This document shows positions 1 through 12,805 of a DNA stretch of 64,000 nt, piece by piece. Position 1 is the stretch's first letter. Every line of letters begins with the position of its first letter. Source of the DNA: Eledone cirrhosa. Its lineage: Eukaryota. The notes below the pieces were generated by a model. That model searched no databases. It saw nothing but the letters and a program-made list of their open reading frames with translations, and was not told the origin of the DNA. The position numbers were made by a program, and so were the translations under genes. Location: the NCBI GenBank assembly GCA_964016885.1, contig OZ024740.1:397606001-397670000 (forward strand). The letters are read 5' to 3'.

Positions 1-742
1 CAAAGTAATGAACATTGCTTAATAACTCAAATCTGTATGTGCAAAACAATTAGGAATGAGGGTGAAATTGTCCCTGCATTTAAATTTCTAAAGTCTCTAA
101 ACATCTATATAAAAAAATGGTTTTAGCCTTAAAACCAAAACAGTAATTTAATATAAGTTGCATGGCATATCTCTTTGACTGGTTTCAGTTATGAGACTGC
201 AAACATGCAGGAGCACTGCCTTGATTTAGTCAATCATATTGACTCTAAGGACTTATTTTTTCAAGTCTGCAACTTATTTTATCGATCTCTTTATTTATTT
301 AATGCAACACGACTGAACCCAGAACTATGTGATTGCAAAGCAAATTTCTCAATGACATTACCATGTTCTTATGCAATTCTACCCTTGTACTAAAAAAGTC
401 TCGATCCCTGTTCTATGTGATCAATCAACCTGCTAGAAATAACAGCCAAATCTTCTTCAAATCAAACACTACCATCTTAAAAAGGAAGGACATGCTGGGC
501 AAAATAATGGAATGATTACAGCTGGAATACTTTAGATTACAAGTCTGCTCAATCAGAGAAGATTTGGAGATAAATATCAACAACAACCCTTTGTGCAGAA
601 GATTTAAAATCATAACTTTTTTCTCAATAAGGAAGTATCTTAAAAACACATGGAATTAAATAAAAACGACAAAGAGGTTCATATAAAAGAGAATATGTGT
701 GTGTGCAACCAAACATATGTACAGACATATGCCTATACTTAC

Positions 743-853
743 AGAATCTGTGGTGTTGTAATAAGTTGAGGACCTCCAAAATCCTGTGGGTACTTGAATT
801 TCAAAAAAAAGTACAGATGGCCAACAAGAATGCCAATCAACTCAAACAAACCT
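743..853 (-). CDS. DERL1: Derlin-1 coding exon 7 (GLFELIGILVGHLYFFLKFKYPQDFGGPQLITTPQIL); final exon lies left of the window
   Basis: 111-nt exon, ttctacAG acceptor and GTAAGT donor, phase 2/2; GxxxGHLYFFL...YP Derlin motif; frame continuous with exon 6. Confidence 0.95.
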
Positions 854-920
854 CTGTAGAAGAGAAAGAATAAGTTTTTGTACATAACTAAGTTTACATG
901 TATTATTATCATCATCATCA

Positions 921-1135
921 TTAACCTTTTAGTATTTACATTACTCTATATTTACTATTGTATTTTCACAGTAAAGACTTTATCTCACATAATATCGAAT
1001 TGATGGAATTTTGATATTTATTTTCAGAACATAACCTTAACATTGGTATGAGTGGCCAGTTACAGCCGGTTTGAACAGAAAGAAGTGAGAGAATTCTGGC
1101 TAAATGTGACTGGTTTAAATGCTAAAGGTTTTTAA
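921..1135 (+). mobile_element. piggyBac-type MITE copy
   Basis: TTAA-CC(C)TTTAG.ATTT ... AAATGCTAAAGG termini; ~210 bp body shared with 8 other copies. Confidence 0.75.
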
Positions 1136-1696
1136 TTTTTTTTTCCCAAACTGGCATAAGATGGGCAGTTTTGCACTGGATCAAAAGTTGCTTGGGGAAG
1201 TTCAACTGGTATAGTGAAGTCATTTCTTGGTGACGATTGTTCTTAAGAAATAGATATGTGTTGTGTTTTTTTTTAAATTATTATTGGCATTACAATAATG
1301 TAAAATTTCAATTGTAAAATATGCTGTAAGTCATACAACAATACCCATTTACTAATTTACTACAGTTGGGACATGAATTATATCTTCTCATATACTACCA
1401 AAAAAGTCAGTGGTTAACACTCTCTAAACAGCTTAAATTGACAAGTTTTTTGTTACTTTTTAGTGTTAAGTTCTTTTGTGGCTGCAAGAAAAAGAGAAGC
1501 TGGATCCCAATAGTCTTATTTAAAAGTCAATATCATTGATCCTGCATTGATGAATACTTCTAATTATGAAAAGTCAAGTAATTGACTAGATTATTTGATA
1601 ATGGACAGATAGAATAAAAATGAAAGAATATATTTTCAGTTTTTTCATTCTAACATAACCAGTGTTACTAATTTAGATACTTTCTAGCTAGATGTT

Positions 1697-1960
1697 GAGG
1701 AGGTACATGGCCTAGTGGTAATGGTATTGGATTTACGATCATAATGTTGTGAGCTTGATTTGTGGACTACGTTGTGTGTTGTGTTCTTGAGCAAAACACT
1801 TCACTTCACGTTACTCCAGTATACTCAGCTGAAAATGAGTACCAGAAATAGCTGGGAGTTTAACCTGGCAATAGACTGGCATCCTATCCAGCAGGAAGTC
1901 TTGTATCTCAGTCACTTGATGCCAAGGAAACTGGGATAAGCACCAACCTGATCAGCTTTC
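1697..1960 (+). mobile_element. Older tRNA/CORE-like SINE (related head also at 51200-51320)
   Basis: TGGCCTAGTGG A box, TTCTTGAGCAAAACACTT core. Confidence 0.7.
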
Positions 1961-2949
1961 AGGTTCAAAACAGACTTTAGACAAGCTAGATGTAGTTAAT
2001 TTTAAGGCATAGTTAAGAAAAATAGCCACATAGTTAATAGTCATCATCATCATATTTACATCAAGTTTTCCATGCTGGGTTGGACAAAACTTTTTGAGGC
2101 AATGTTTACAGTCGGATACTCTTCCTGATATGGTATACCTATTCTAGTGTTTTCCATCTAGGTTTTTCATTGTTAGTATTTTTCTAATTTTAATCAGCTG
2201 GCCTAATGACATTTCATGTCAAATTGACCGACAACTTTAAGAACTACATTTAGCGATATAGAAATAGCTATATTTGGTATTCTAAAATGCAGCGCATTAT
2301 TGCCACCATGAGAAAAGGTGGATTTTGTGAACCTAAAGAGAGAGGCCATCTTGCATTATGAATTATGGAAATTTGAGTAGATATCAGCTAAAATGTAAAA
2401 TTATGTAATTAAATGCTTTAAAATAACCATTCTTGTAAATATAATTTGTAAGATTTGATAATTATACTTGCTTGTGAATAATAATATTATACCAAATATA
2501 TATTCAATATGTTTATGATCTGTAAATAACATGTTTATAACATGTCAAATCAGTTGTGCCAACACTGATGCAGCATACTCAATCACGGTTACAACTTGTG
2601 TAGTATTTACAATTGAAGAGATGTAGAAGTTAGGTGGCAGTCTGCAGTTTATACCCATAAACTAATTTGTGTTTATTTACCTATCCCTGTCCTAAACTGG
2701 CCTAATTTCTTGTTTACAGTGTTAAAAATTGAAATTAGAAAATTAAAAGGTTTATATTTTTTGTGTGAATTTTTTTGAAAATTATAAAATATATTAAAAA
2801 TGCTATAAAAAACTTTTTATGGTGCATTCTATAATTTTGAAGTAATTTTGCTATCATTAATATTATTTTTACTTTTATCAACTAAATGATCGCAATTCAT
2901 TATTGTGCAATGCTTCTTCAAGCCTAGCAATTTTTTATAGCATTCAAAC

Positions 2950-4950
2950 ATGAAGCATTTCCCCATGACTGGTATTTTACTTATCAACACCAAAAGGATG
3001 AAAAGCAAAGTTGACCTCAATGAGATTTGAACTCGGAGTGCAGACAGCAAAAAAAATACCACAAAGCATTCAATGGAAATATGTTCTTTCAAAGCAGAGA
3101 CCTCACTCTCCAGTTGGTTCTCTTCGCAATCCCCACAAGCCAGATCACTGACGATCCCAAAGAATGCGCAGAACTCATTGGTGAGTGCTATGCAAGTATT
3201 TTTACTGTTGAAAACCAGAATGTACCATCTCCACCATCTCAAACATCAAATTCCATAACAACTATGGAATTTACACCTGCAATGTTGTGACGTCACCTTA
3301 AGAATAAGCGCAACTATGCCACCCCTTGTCTTGATGGTGTTACATACCTGCTTCTCAAATGTGGCGGGTACTTCCTTTTGCACCAGCTTTCTTTCTTCTT
3401 TCAATACTGTCTCAACAATGGTGCTACTCTGGAGCAGTGTAAAACTGCCAGTGTCATTCCCCTGTTCAAAAAGGGCGACCGCATGTCACCTGTCAACTAT
3501 CGTCCAGTCAGTCTTACTAGCTGTATTGCCAAACTGATGGAATCCTGTGTCAGAGAAACACTTTGGAACTTCTGGAGCTCTCACAGCCTCATCCGGCCTT
3601 CGCAGTTTGGATTTATCCCTAACTCCAGCTGCTGTGATCAGCTTATCGAGTTCCTTGAAGACACCATCCGGATCACTGACAGCGGCTCATGGGTGGATGT
3701 TGTTTACCTTGACTTTGCTAAGGCTTTTAATTCTGTGCCACACAAAAGACTTATGGCAAAACTCTCTGCAATGGGTGTGAGGGATGATCTTTTTAACTGG
3801 TTGAAATCCTTCATTCTCAGCCGAAAAGAGGTAGTCACAGTTCTAGGACAGCATTCTTCACCATATGAGATGTCATCTGGTGTACCACAGGGATCTGTTC
3901 TTGGTCCCCTTTTGTTTGTGGTATATATTAATGATATAGATACCAACTTAAAGAATGCCACAGTACTGAAATATGCAGATGACATCAAGCTGTACCTTGA
4001 GATAAAAAGTAAAAAGGACAGATCCTGAACACTATAGATCTTGCCTGCAATCTAACCTGTACACAATGCAGCAATGGATCACAGACTGGCAACTGAAGCT
4101 GGCTGTGGACAAGTGTACCACCATGCATTTTGGGAGGAAAAATCCAGCGTCCACATATTCCCTCCACAACACTGATATCAAGAAGTCCTCTTGTGAACGT
4201 GACCTGGGCATTACTGTCAGCAGCGATATGCATTGGACAAAGCATGTCTCTAAGATTGTCAAGACGGCCGAGGGTGTCTTGGCATCACTCAGCAAGACCT
4301 TTGTTAGCCGCTCTCCAGCCATCTATTTAAAGCTTTATACAGCTATGGTACGACCACACTTGGAATTCGCATCATCAGTCTGGAACCCCTATCTTGCTCA
4401 GAACATTGACCGCCTGGAAACTGTTCAGAGACGTGCAACCAAGCACATACCCTCCATCAGACACCTACCATACTCTGAACGCCTTGCTTCCCTGGGCATG
4501 GATTCATTGAAGCTCTGACATCTGGCAATGGACTTGGTAAACACCTACAAAGTTATTAATCATCTCGCCAACAACAACCCTGAGCACCTTTTTGATCTCC
4601 ATGTGTCTAACACACGTGGACATGCCTACAAAATCAGAAAACAGCACAGCTCCCATGACTTTCGTAGACATTTTTTCACACTCAGAGTTGCTGAAGCATG
4701 GAACAAACTGCCTGCGTCAGTTGTTAGCTGCCGAGACACTGCATCCTTTAAAACCCTTCCCGAAATACGCCAAAACTACACCTGATGTACCCCTTCCATA
4801 CACATGCACACATGTGTATATCATGACTCATGCACTGTTCATTTTCCTGACGTTTGTACATTACCCTATGTACTATACATACACTTTTTGATGAGTTGTA
4901 GTGCACCTGAGCACTGTACACAATATTTCATTATTATTATTATTATTATT
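2950..4950 (+). mobile_element. CR1-group LINE, 5'-truncated, RT region with several stops
   Basis: YRPVSLTS, YLDFAKAF, GVPQGSVLGP, YADD, RPHLEFA..W.P, VQRRATK, TRGH motifs; in-frame stops at ~3288, 4026, 4516; (ATT)n tail at 4930-4950. Confidence 0.88.
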
Positions 4951-5439
4951 AATCTGTCTCCCAAATGACTCTGCTCACTTGCTACCTTAATGAAATGTAT
5001 ACTGATGAAAATAACTTGGCATATTTGTTTATCTATATATCCTATTCTTAATGAAATACTGCATGTGAATAAATCATTTGAAACGAAGACTGTTAATAAA
5101 GCCAAATTATTATGACACATCTCAGAAATTTAAATAGATAATTAGGTAGACCAAGACAGTGAATGTTTGTGTGAGATAGGACATGTAGATCCTTTGGATG
5201 ATAGATGGCACTTTACTGATTTAAACAAATACAACCCTGTAAAGTGGATCACCAAAGATATATCTTTAACTCTGTTAAAAGGAGACAAAAAGACAAAGAC
5301 CATGAATAAGTCAATTATATTTACAATATAAGATGATCAACATTGTTTACTGAAGAAAACAGAAAAGCATTCAAAGAGAAACATAATACTACAAGAAGTT
5401 TAGCATTAAAACAAAAACAAAAGCAAAAATCAAACTTAC

Positions 5440-5492
5440 CCATCTCCTATGATCAGGTTAAACACTAACAACACCCAAGGTAAATACATGGC
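5440..5492 (-). CDS. DERL1: Derlin-1 coding exon 6 (AMYLPWVLLVFNLIIGDG)
   Basis: 53-nt exon, ttgtAG / GTAAGT; A.YLPW motif. Confidence 0.95.
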
Positions 5493-6050
5493 CTACAACA
5501 AAAACATAGATCATTATATTTAGATAAAACGTTTTCTTGTCATCACAATTTTCCTTATTATAATTACTGTCCTCTTTAACCGTTATTAATGTTATTAATA
5601 GACAACACCCTCTGTAGCTGATGATGCACAAATTCCTGCATGGTGAAAAGATGTGGCTGCCCTTTGACAGGTAGGTTTTTCCAGTTGTTTCTATGATAAA
5701 CCTGCAGTTCTGGGTCAAGTAAAAACTGAAAAAGAGTTACAGTAAAAAACAACATTCTTGAGGGAACTCTGGGTGTTGACAGTGCCCATGACTCTGTTCA
5801 GGGCCTAATGGATTGTGGAGAGAGAAATGTATCCTCAAATCAGGGACCTAACCCAAATGCTTGCCACAAAATAGACTCTACTAAAAGCCCCAAAGAGCCA
5901 GTGGGTGGTATTAAACTGTGTGTCAGATTAAGTTTACCAAGAATGAAATACACTTCACCTACTTTCAAATTCTACATTAAAGCATATAATTACAAAATCT
6001 TAAGTCAAATGTTTAAAAATTGTTTCTTCAGAGAGTTCCGTAAAATTTAC

Positions 6051-6146
6051 CTGAAAGCGGGTTCCAAACCAGAAAGTTACAGTTGTGTCTTTGTTCAGTT
6101 GACACCAGATGTATAATACACTCAAAACCATAGGATCCATCAGAAG
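6051..6146 (-). CDS. DERL1: Derlin-1 coding exon 5 (LLMDPMVLSVLYIWCQLNKDTTVTFWFGTRFQ)
   Basis: 96-nt exon, tttgcAG / GTAAAT; Y.W.QLN and FWFGTRF motifs of Derlin-1. Confidence 0.96.
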
Positions 6147-6589
6147 CTGCAAAGAAAACAAAAATGCATGTGATATTGAGATATAAACTGAAGTAAAAGT
6201 TAATTTTTTTTTATTTACTCATTGACTAACATCCAGAAATCAATAATGGAGAAATAATAATCATCAAGTCCAACGAACCAAACATAATGGTCTGGCTTCG
6301 CAACCTGATACATGTTATGGGTGGAGTCACTAATACCATAGTGTTAACATGCTAAGAAGATGGAATATATTTACAGGACTAACATTTATTAAGAAAACAA
6401 TTGAGAGCAAGGACAAAGAGTGAGATTCAATGGAATTTAGAATATCGATCCTTTACAATAAGAGCAACGAGGGGGGGGGGGGGGGGTTAGACATAAAATT
6501 AGTTATGATGATATAAAAATCAAGTTTAAAGATATTAAATTTTCTAAGAAAAAAAAAAAATTTGTTTCAGATGCACCAGATTGATATTA

Positions 6590-6775
6590 TTTGGCAGTAT
6601 CGGTAGAGGGTCGGACGCCATGCTTTGATGCATAGAGTTACGGCCCTTGCCATTCTGAGTTCAAATCCCGCCAAGGTTAACTTTGCCTTTCACCCTCACA
6701 GGGTCGATAAAATAAAGTACCAGTAATGCACTGGGTAATTGCTGGCCTTGTGTCAAAAGTAGAAACAATCATTTT
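6590..6775 (+). mobile_element. Second SINE family (GAGTTCAAATCCCGCC...AACTTTGCCTTTCA...GTCGATAAAATAAAGTACCAG); other copies at ~34645-34755(-), 41415-41740, 53856-54185
   Basis: B-box-like GTTCAAATCC plus a conserved body repeated at several loci. Confidence 0.7.
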
Positions 6776-7085
6776 TAATAATAATGTTTATTGTCTGTAT
6801 AATATGGTCTCTTCTCCATTTAAGGTAAATGTCTCACTCATAGCATTATTCCTTTATTCTTTTTCAGGTTTCACTCATTGGATGGCAACCATACTGGAAG
6901 ATTGCTTTTAAAGGTGTTCATTGATTATATTGACCACAATACTTTAACAAGTAGCTATTTAATCAACATTATAAGAGATCAAAATCTAAGCTAATCTTAA
7001 CATAGGGACACATAACTCAAGAGGAACTAAATGTGACATGGTATTTTTGTTTGACACATTCTTTACTGATATACATACATATGAT

Positions 7086-7527
7086 GGAGGCACATGGCTT
7101 AGTGGTTAGAGCATTGGCCTTGCAATCGAAAGGTTGTGAGTTCAATTCTCAGACCGAGTGATGTGTTGTGTCCTTGAGCAAGACACTTTATTTCACATTG
7201 CTCCAGTTTACTCAGCTGTAGAAATGAGATGATAGGGACTGGGGTCCATATCATTCCACTGCAAAGTGGTCGTGGAGGTGCCACGGCAAAAAAGCACACA
7301 GCCCACACTTTAAAGTGGACGTATAGGTGCCACGGCAAAAAAGCACCCAGCCCACACTGTAAAGTGGTCATGTAGGTCTCACGACAAAAAAAGCACCCAG
7401 CACTCACTGTAAATGAGGTTGGTGTTAGGAAGGGCATCCAGCTGTAGAAATCAAGCCAGAATCAGTTCCCGTCACACCCTTGCAAGTAGAGAAAAGCAGA
7501 CATAAAATGATGATAATAATGATGATG
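7086..7527 (+). mobile_element. tRNA-headed, CORE-like SINE with RTE-derived body and tail
   Basis: A box TGGCTTAGTGG, B box GAGTTCAATTC, GTGTCCTTGAGCAAGACACTT core, tandem ~45-nt units, (GAT)n tail. Confidence 0.85.
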
Positions 7528-7562
7528 CACACACACACATATATATATATATACATATACAT

Positions 7563-8835
7563 ATCCCAGTATTCGCTTATAACTGTTATATGCTTGTCCA
7601 ATTAGGCCCAAAAGTCGGGGATTTTATTTAAAACCTTCTCCTCGCTAACTACCCCATACCCCTCTTGCCCGCCCCCATCGCCACCATTATTATTTGGACC
7701 AATCATAAGTCAGCGGCCTATGTTATCACTTCTCCTGGTTGCTTTCCGATATGATGGATGGACTAAGGAATTCTGGAGAGTCTGAAGAATCTGGACACTC
7801 AGTGACAATGCCAAAGATAACGACAAATTCACCTCATGCTGCCGGACGAAAAGGCAAGGACTCCTCCTCTTTGTTTCGGCCGCGGATGGCCAACATAACC
7901 CCAACCCCATCCCCCTCATCCCTCCCCACCGTTCCCACCCACCAAACGCAATCCAAAACTTCAGAGTTGGTACCATGAATGTAGGCACCTTAAAAGGTCG
8001 CTCTAACGAGGTTGTAGAAATGCTTGAACGTAAGGAAGTTGATGTTTGCTGTATCCAAGAGACCAGGTGGAGGGGCGGGTCTGCTAGATTCATTGTGGGT
8101 AAAAAAACGATGCTATAAGCTTTTCTGGGTGGGAAATGACAATGGGCTGGGTAGGGCAGGAATCATGTTAGCAGAAAAATGGATACGATAATAGACGTAA
8201 ATAGAGTGAACGACAGAATTAAAATAAGACTTGTTCTAAATAGAACTACTGTGACAGTAATATCTGCATACGCACCCCAATCCGGACTGCCTGGCGCGAT
8301 AAAAGACAGATTCTATGAGACACTGATGCTCACTACCTCCCAAATAACCGACAGTGACTATATAATTATTGCAGGCGACCTAAATGGTCACGTTGGACAA
8401 CATTGTGACGGCTATGACGGAATCCATGGAGGCTATGGGATTGATACTAGAAATGAGGAAGGCTCCAGAATCCTGGAATTCTGTGACGCAAATAACACTA
8501 ACTTCAAAAAACGAGACAATCACTTGATCACCTACAGATCAGGGGAACACACCAGCCAGGTAGATTATATCCTTACCAGAAGACGTGACAGAGTGTCTGT
8601 TGTAAACACTAAATCCCTCCCCCATGAAGAATGCACCTCTCAACATAGACTCATAATTAGCGACCTCATAGTCAGGACGAGACGTACTCGACAACAGAAG
8701 AGGAGTATCCTCAGGAGAAAAATATGGAAGCTAAAGGACCCCACAGCCAGTAATAAATTTAAAAGCATATTACTTGATGCTTTCAACAGTAAGGAAGAGC
8801 AATTAGAGTCGTACAATATAGAGGAACGGTGGGAA

Positions 8836-8838
<3 letters not shown>
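7563..8838 (+). mobile_element. RTE-clade LINE subfamily A, 5' part (UTR + AP endonuclease), interrupted at 8838
   Basis: GTMNVGTL, CCIQETRW, SAYAPQ, GDLNGH, VDYIL and QHRL endonuclease motifs; frameshifted; reading continues at ~13330. Confidence 0.88.
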
Positions 8839-8870
<32 letters not shown>

Positions 8871-11800
8871 TTTACGTCCGCTTTTCCATGCTTGCAAGGG
8901 TGGGACGGGTCTTATTCAGCACAGCATCTCTCCACTCGTCACGGTCCCTCGTCATCTCCACCGTGAGCTTCAATGATCTGAGGTCTGTTCTCACCACCTC
9001 CGCCCATGTTTTTCGTGGTCTACCTCTACCACATCTTCCTTCAACTGGCATTTCCTGGCACTTCTTCACCCATCGGTCATCCTCCATGCACATCACATGT
9101 CCATACCACCTCAGTCTCCTCTCCCGTACACTACATTCTATCCCTCTCAGACACAGTTTCTCTCTCAACACATTTATGCTGGGTCGTTCACGCACATTTA
9201 CACTGCACATCCAACGGAGCATGCTTGCCTCATTTCTCTCCAGCTGTCGCATATCCTCTGCGGTTGCTGCCCATGTCTCACTACCATGCAGCATCGCGCT
9301 CCTCACACAGGCATCATACAACCGGCCTTTTGTACGCAGGGAGAAACCCTTCTTCGTAAACAGAGTAAGCAGCTCCCTAAACTTCTTCCAACCCGTCCTT
9401 ATTCTAGATACTATGGCCTCGGAACACCCTCCTCCCATGCTAATCTGATCTCCTAGGTACCGGAAGCTATCCACCACTTCTATAGCGCCCTCTCGCATTT
9501 GAAAAATGTGTCTATCAGTGCGACTTCTACTGTCTAATTTCCCTGTACATCTACTGCATACATATTTCTCCCTACCTGTTAGTTTGCCTGCTATCCCGCT
9601 ACATCTCTTGTGTACCCAGGACCTGCATTGTGTGCATTTTATAGAATTTATGCCAGTTCCTTTTCTGCATATCGAACATGGCCATTTCCCTGACGGAATC
9701 AGGGTTTTGTCCTCTTTTCTACTCATCAACACTTTTGTCTTAGCTAGATTTACTCTCAGTCCTCTTGCTTCCAACTGCTGTTTCCATAGCCGGAATTTAT
9801 TCTCTAGCTCCTCTACTGATTCTGCTATAAGAGCCAGATCGTCAGCATAGAAAAGTTCCCATGGACAGCCAGTCTTAAACTCCTCTGTTATGGCTTGGAG
9901 GACTATAATGAACAAGAGCGGGCTGAGGACCGAACCCTGATGTACTCCTACTTGTATCTGGAATTCCTCACTAAACTCCATTCCTACCCTGACTTTACTG
10001 AGAGTACCTCTGTACAAAGTTTGCACTGTCCTCACAAGCCATTCCTCAACACCTAGCTTCCTTAGGGACCACCAGATGACAGATCGGGGTACCCTATCAA
10101 AGGCCTTCTCTAGGTCAACAAAGGCTAAGTATAGTGGCTTATTCTTCTCTAAGAACCTCTCTTGCATTTGTCTCACCAAGAAGAGGGCATCTGTTGTACT
10201 CTTCCCAGGCACAAAACCAAACTGCATCTCATCTAGTTTGACCCTTTCTCTAATTAGTTGTGCTAAAATCCTTTCTGCCACTTTCATAACCTGATCTATC
10301 AGTTTTATACCCCTATAATTGCTCCTCTCCAAAGCATCCCCTTTACCTTTGTAGCAATTTATGAGAATACTGCTGCACCAGTCTTTGGGTATGACACCAC
10401 CATATATAGTCTGATTGATGATGCGTGCAACCAGTTTAGTGCCTACGTCCCCTGATGCCTTCAGCATCCCAGCAACTATCCCCGATGGTCCGGCAGCCTT
10501 ACCATTTTTCATTTCCCTAATCGCCTCTTGGACCCTATATTCGTCAATCTCAATAGCTGGTCCCTCTGTCGGATCTACCAAGGGTAATTTCTCTCTCTCC
10601 CATTCGTTCTCCACATTCATCAGTCTCTCATAATGACATTTCCAGGCCTCCTTTTTCTGGTCATTCGTGACACTAAGTACACCGGCATCATCCCGGACAC
10701 ATTTATCTCCAACAACATCCTGATTTGCATTGACACACTGCCTTGTAATGTGGAACACCACATGCCTCTGATCTTCCCGTCGCAGAACATTGGCAAACCT
10801 CCTACTCTCTGCCTCCCTGCATGCTAAGTACACCTGACGTCTAGCTTCTCTCTTAGTGGCTGTATATTCTTCCCTACTCCCACCCTTTTTCCAAGCCTTC
10901 CATGCTAGTCTTTTGTCTCTAATAGCCTTATCTACTGTGCTGTTCCACCACCAGGTCACTCTCTGTCTGGTTGGAGCTCTGCTCCAGCCACAGGTTTCAT
11001 CAGTAGCCTGCAGCAAGTTGTCACGTAAGAAATTCCAGTTATTATCTATGTCATACGTCTCTAAATCGTATTCTTTTTCGTCATATACATCTTGAAGGGC
11101 TTTCCTAAATTTGTATTTTAGTGAAAGGTCTTTTAGCTTCCAGACCTTTCTTCTCCACACCTTCCTATATGTCTCATTCCATCTCTTGCTTACTGAGATA
11201 TCACTAACAACTAACCTATGCTGTGGGGTACATTCTTCCCCAGGGTATGCCTTGGTATTAGACACTATCTGCCTGTCCCGCTGCCTAACTAGCAGGAAGT
11301 CAATCTGGCTTATGTGCTCACCAGATTTGTAGGTTATTAGGTGATTGGCAGGTTTCTGGAAGTTTGTGTTGCAAATAGTCAATGTACTTGCATCACAAAA
11401 TTCAAGAAGTCTCACTCCTTCTTCATTTCTTGAACCGTAACCGTGCCCACCATGTACCCCAGTGTAACCATCCTGGAGCTGTCCAACATGACCATTGAAG
11501 TCTCCTGCTAGCATAACGATGTCTCCGTCCTCTGTCATTGTGGTTGTTTGCAAAAGTTGCTCATAAAAGCAGTCTTTCTCATCTTTGCCTAGGCCTGCTT
11601 GGGGAGCATAGACCGAGATGATTGTCAGTAGTCTCCTACCTACAACTAATCTAAGCTTAATTATTCGATTACTAACTCAAACTACCTCTATTGTCTTATT
11701 GATCCATTTCTCAGCCAGGAAAATGCCTACTCCCCCTAACCCATCATCCTTACCTACCCAGAATAGCTTATAGCTAAGACGCTTGCCTACTACTAGTCTC

Positions 11801-12130
11801 GCAGAGGCACCTCTCCATCTCACCTCTTGCACGCAGCACACATCCACCTGCCTTCTCTCCAGCATCTCCGCTATTTCAGCAGATCTACCTCTGAGAGTGC
11901 CAACATTAAGTGTTGCAACTCTGAGATGCGACGTCTTCATATTTTTCAATGCTGTTTTGTTGCTGTGCTGATAAGCTTTTTGGCATTGATACACTGGTTG
12001 GATGCCCTTCCTAACACCAGCACCACTTTACAGCATGGACTGGGTGCTTTTATTTGTGCCACCAGCACTAGAGAGAATGTCTTACTAGACTCAAGGGCCT
12101 TCTCTACCCCTCCATTTTACAGCATGGTCA
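8839..12130 (-). mobile_element. Near full-length RTE-clade LINE subfamily C (EN-RT-PHD), one in-frame TGA at 11677-11679
   Basis: ORFs 11677-11994 and 8872-11553 share a frame (~1022 codons from ATG 11940); YRGIKL, FVDLEKAFD, GVHQGSVLSP, YADD; stop abuts the (ATG)n tail. Confidence 0.95.
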
Positions 12131-12159
12131 TTAAAAAAAAAAAAAAAAAAAAAAAAACT

Positions 12160-12805
12160 TATTGACACGACTCACACACCAATACTCATGCATACAAACC
12201 ACAACCACACACACCAACACTCATTCATGCATACAATCACACACACCACTCACTAACACATATATATATATATACATATATTACCGACAGTACTGATACA
12301 AAATCAAAATCAAAATCAAAATCGTCAAAATCACTATCATGTCAACTGTTGACCTTTCCCAGTCCAGTTCGGCTTGTATATAATAACAATAACAATAATA
12401 ATTGTTTGCTTTACGCTGGTAATGGCGGTGGTGGATGGTGTCAGTGTGGTGGTGGTGGATGGTATCAGCGTGGTGGTGGTGGATGGTATCAGCGTGGTGG
12501 TGGTGGCAGTTGTTGGTGCTGTAGTTGTTATTGTAGTTGTTGTCGTTGTTGCTGTTGTTGTTGTCCTTCATTTCACTGCTGCTGTTGCTGCAGACAATGG
12601 TGTTGATGCTGTTATTGCTGTCGCATATATACAAATACATACACACACACACATTCAACACAGACGATGGTGTTGTTGCTGTTGTTGTTGTTGTTGGTGT
12701 TGCTGCTGTTGTTGTTGTAGTTGTTGCTGTGTTGAAATCTGGTCGCATCCACTGAGATATACATATACACACATATACACATATGTATATACACATACAT
12801 ACATC
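12160..12805. repeat. Compound microsatellite block: CA-rich, (AAAATC)n, (GTG)n, (GTT)n, (TA/CA)n
   Basis: Directly visible; explains the low-complexity ORFs 12281-12853. Confidence 0.9.

Noticed and set aside
7086-7160. tRNA gene
   Set aside because: A/B boxes are present, but there is no complete cloverleaf or poly-T terminator; it is a SINE head.
7255-7430. Regularly spaced ~45-nt repeats resembling a CRISPR array
   Set aside because: Tandem units without unique spacers, inside a eukaryotic SINE/LINE, and no cas genes.
8888-11332. Many antisense ORFs over the RTE elements (also 14469-15173, 35349-36452)
   Set aside because: Shadow frames of RT coding sequence with no independent motifs.
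11677-11679. A-to-I editing of the LINE's UGA stop to UGG as a reactivation switch
   Set aside because: The A has a 5' G neighbour, which ADAR disfavours; the homologous residue is Arg, so a plain nonsense mutation is simpler; no RNA data available.
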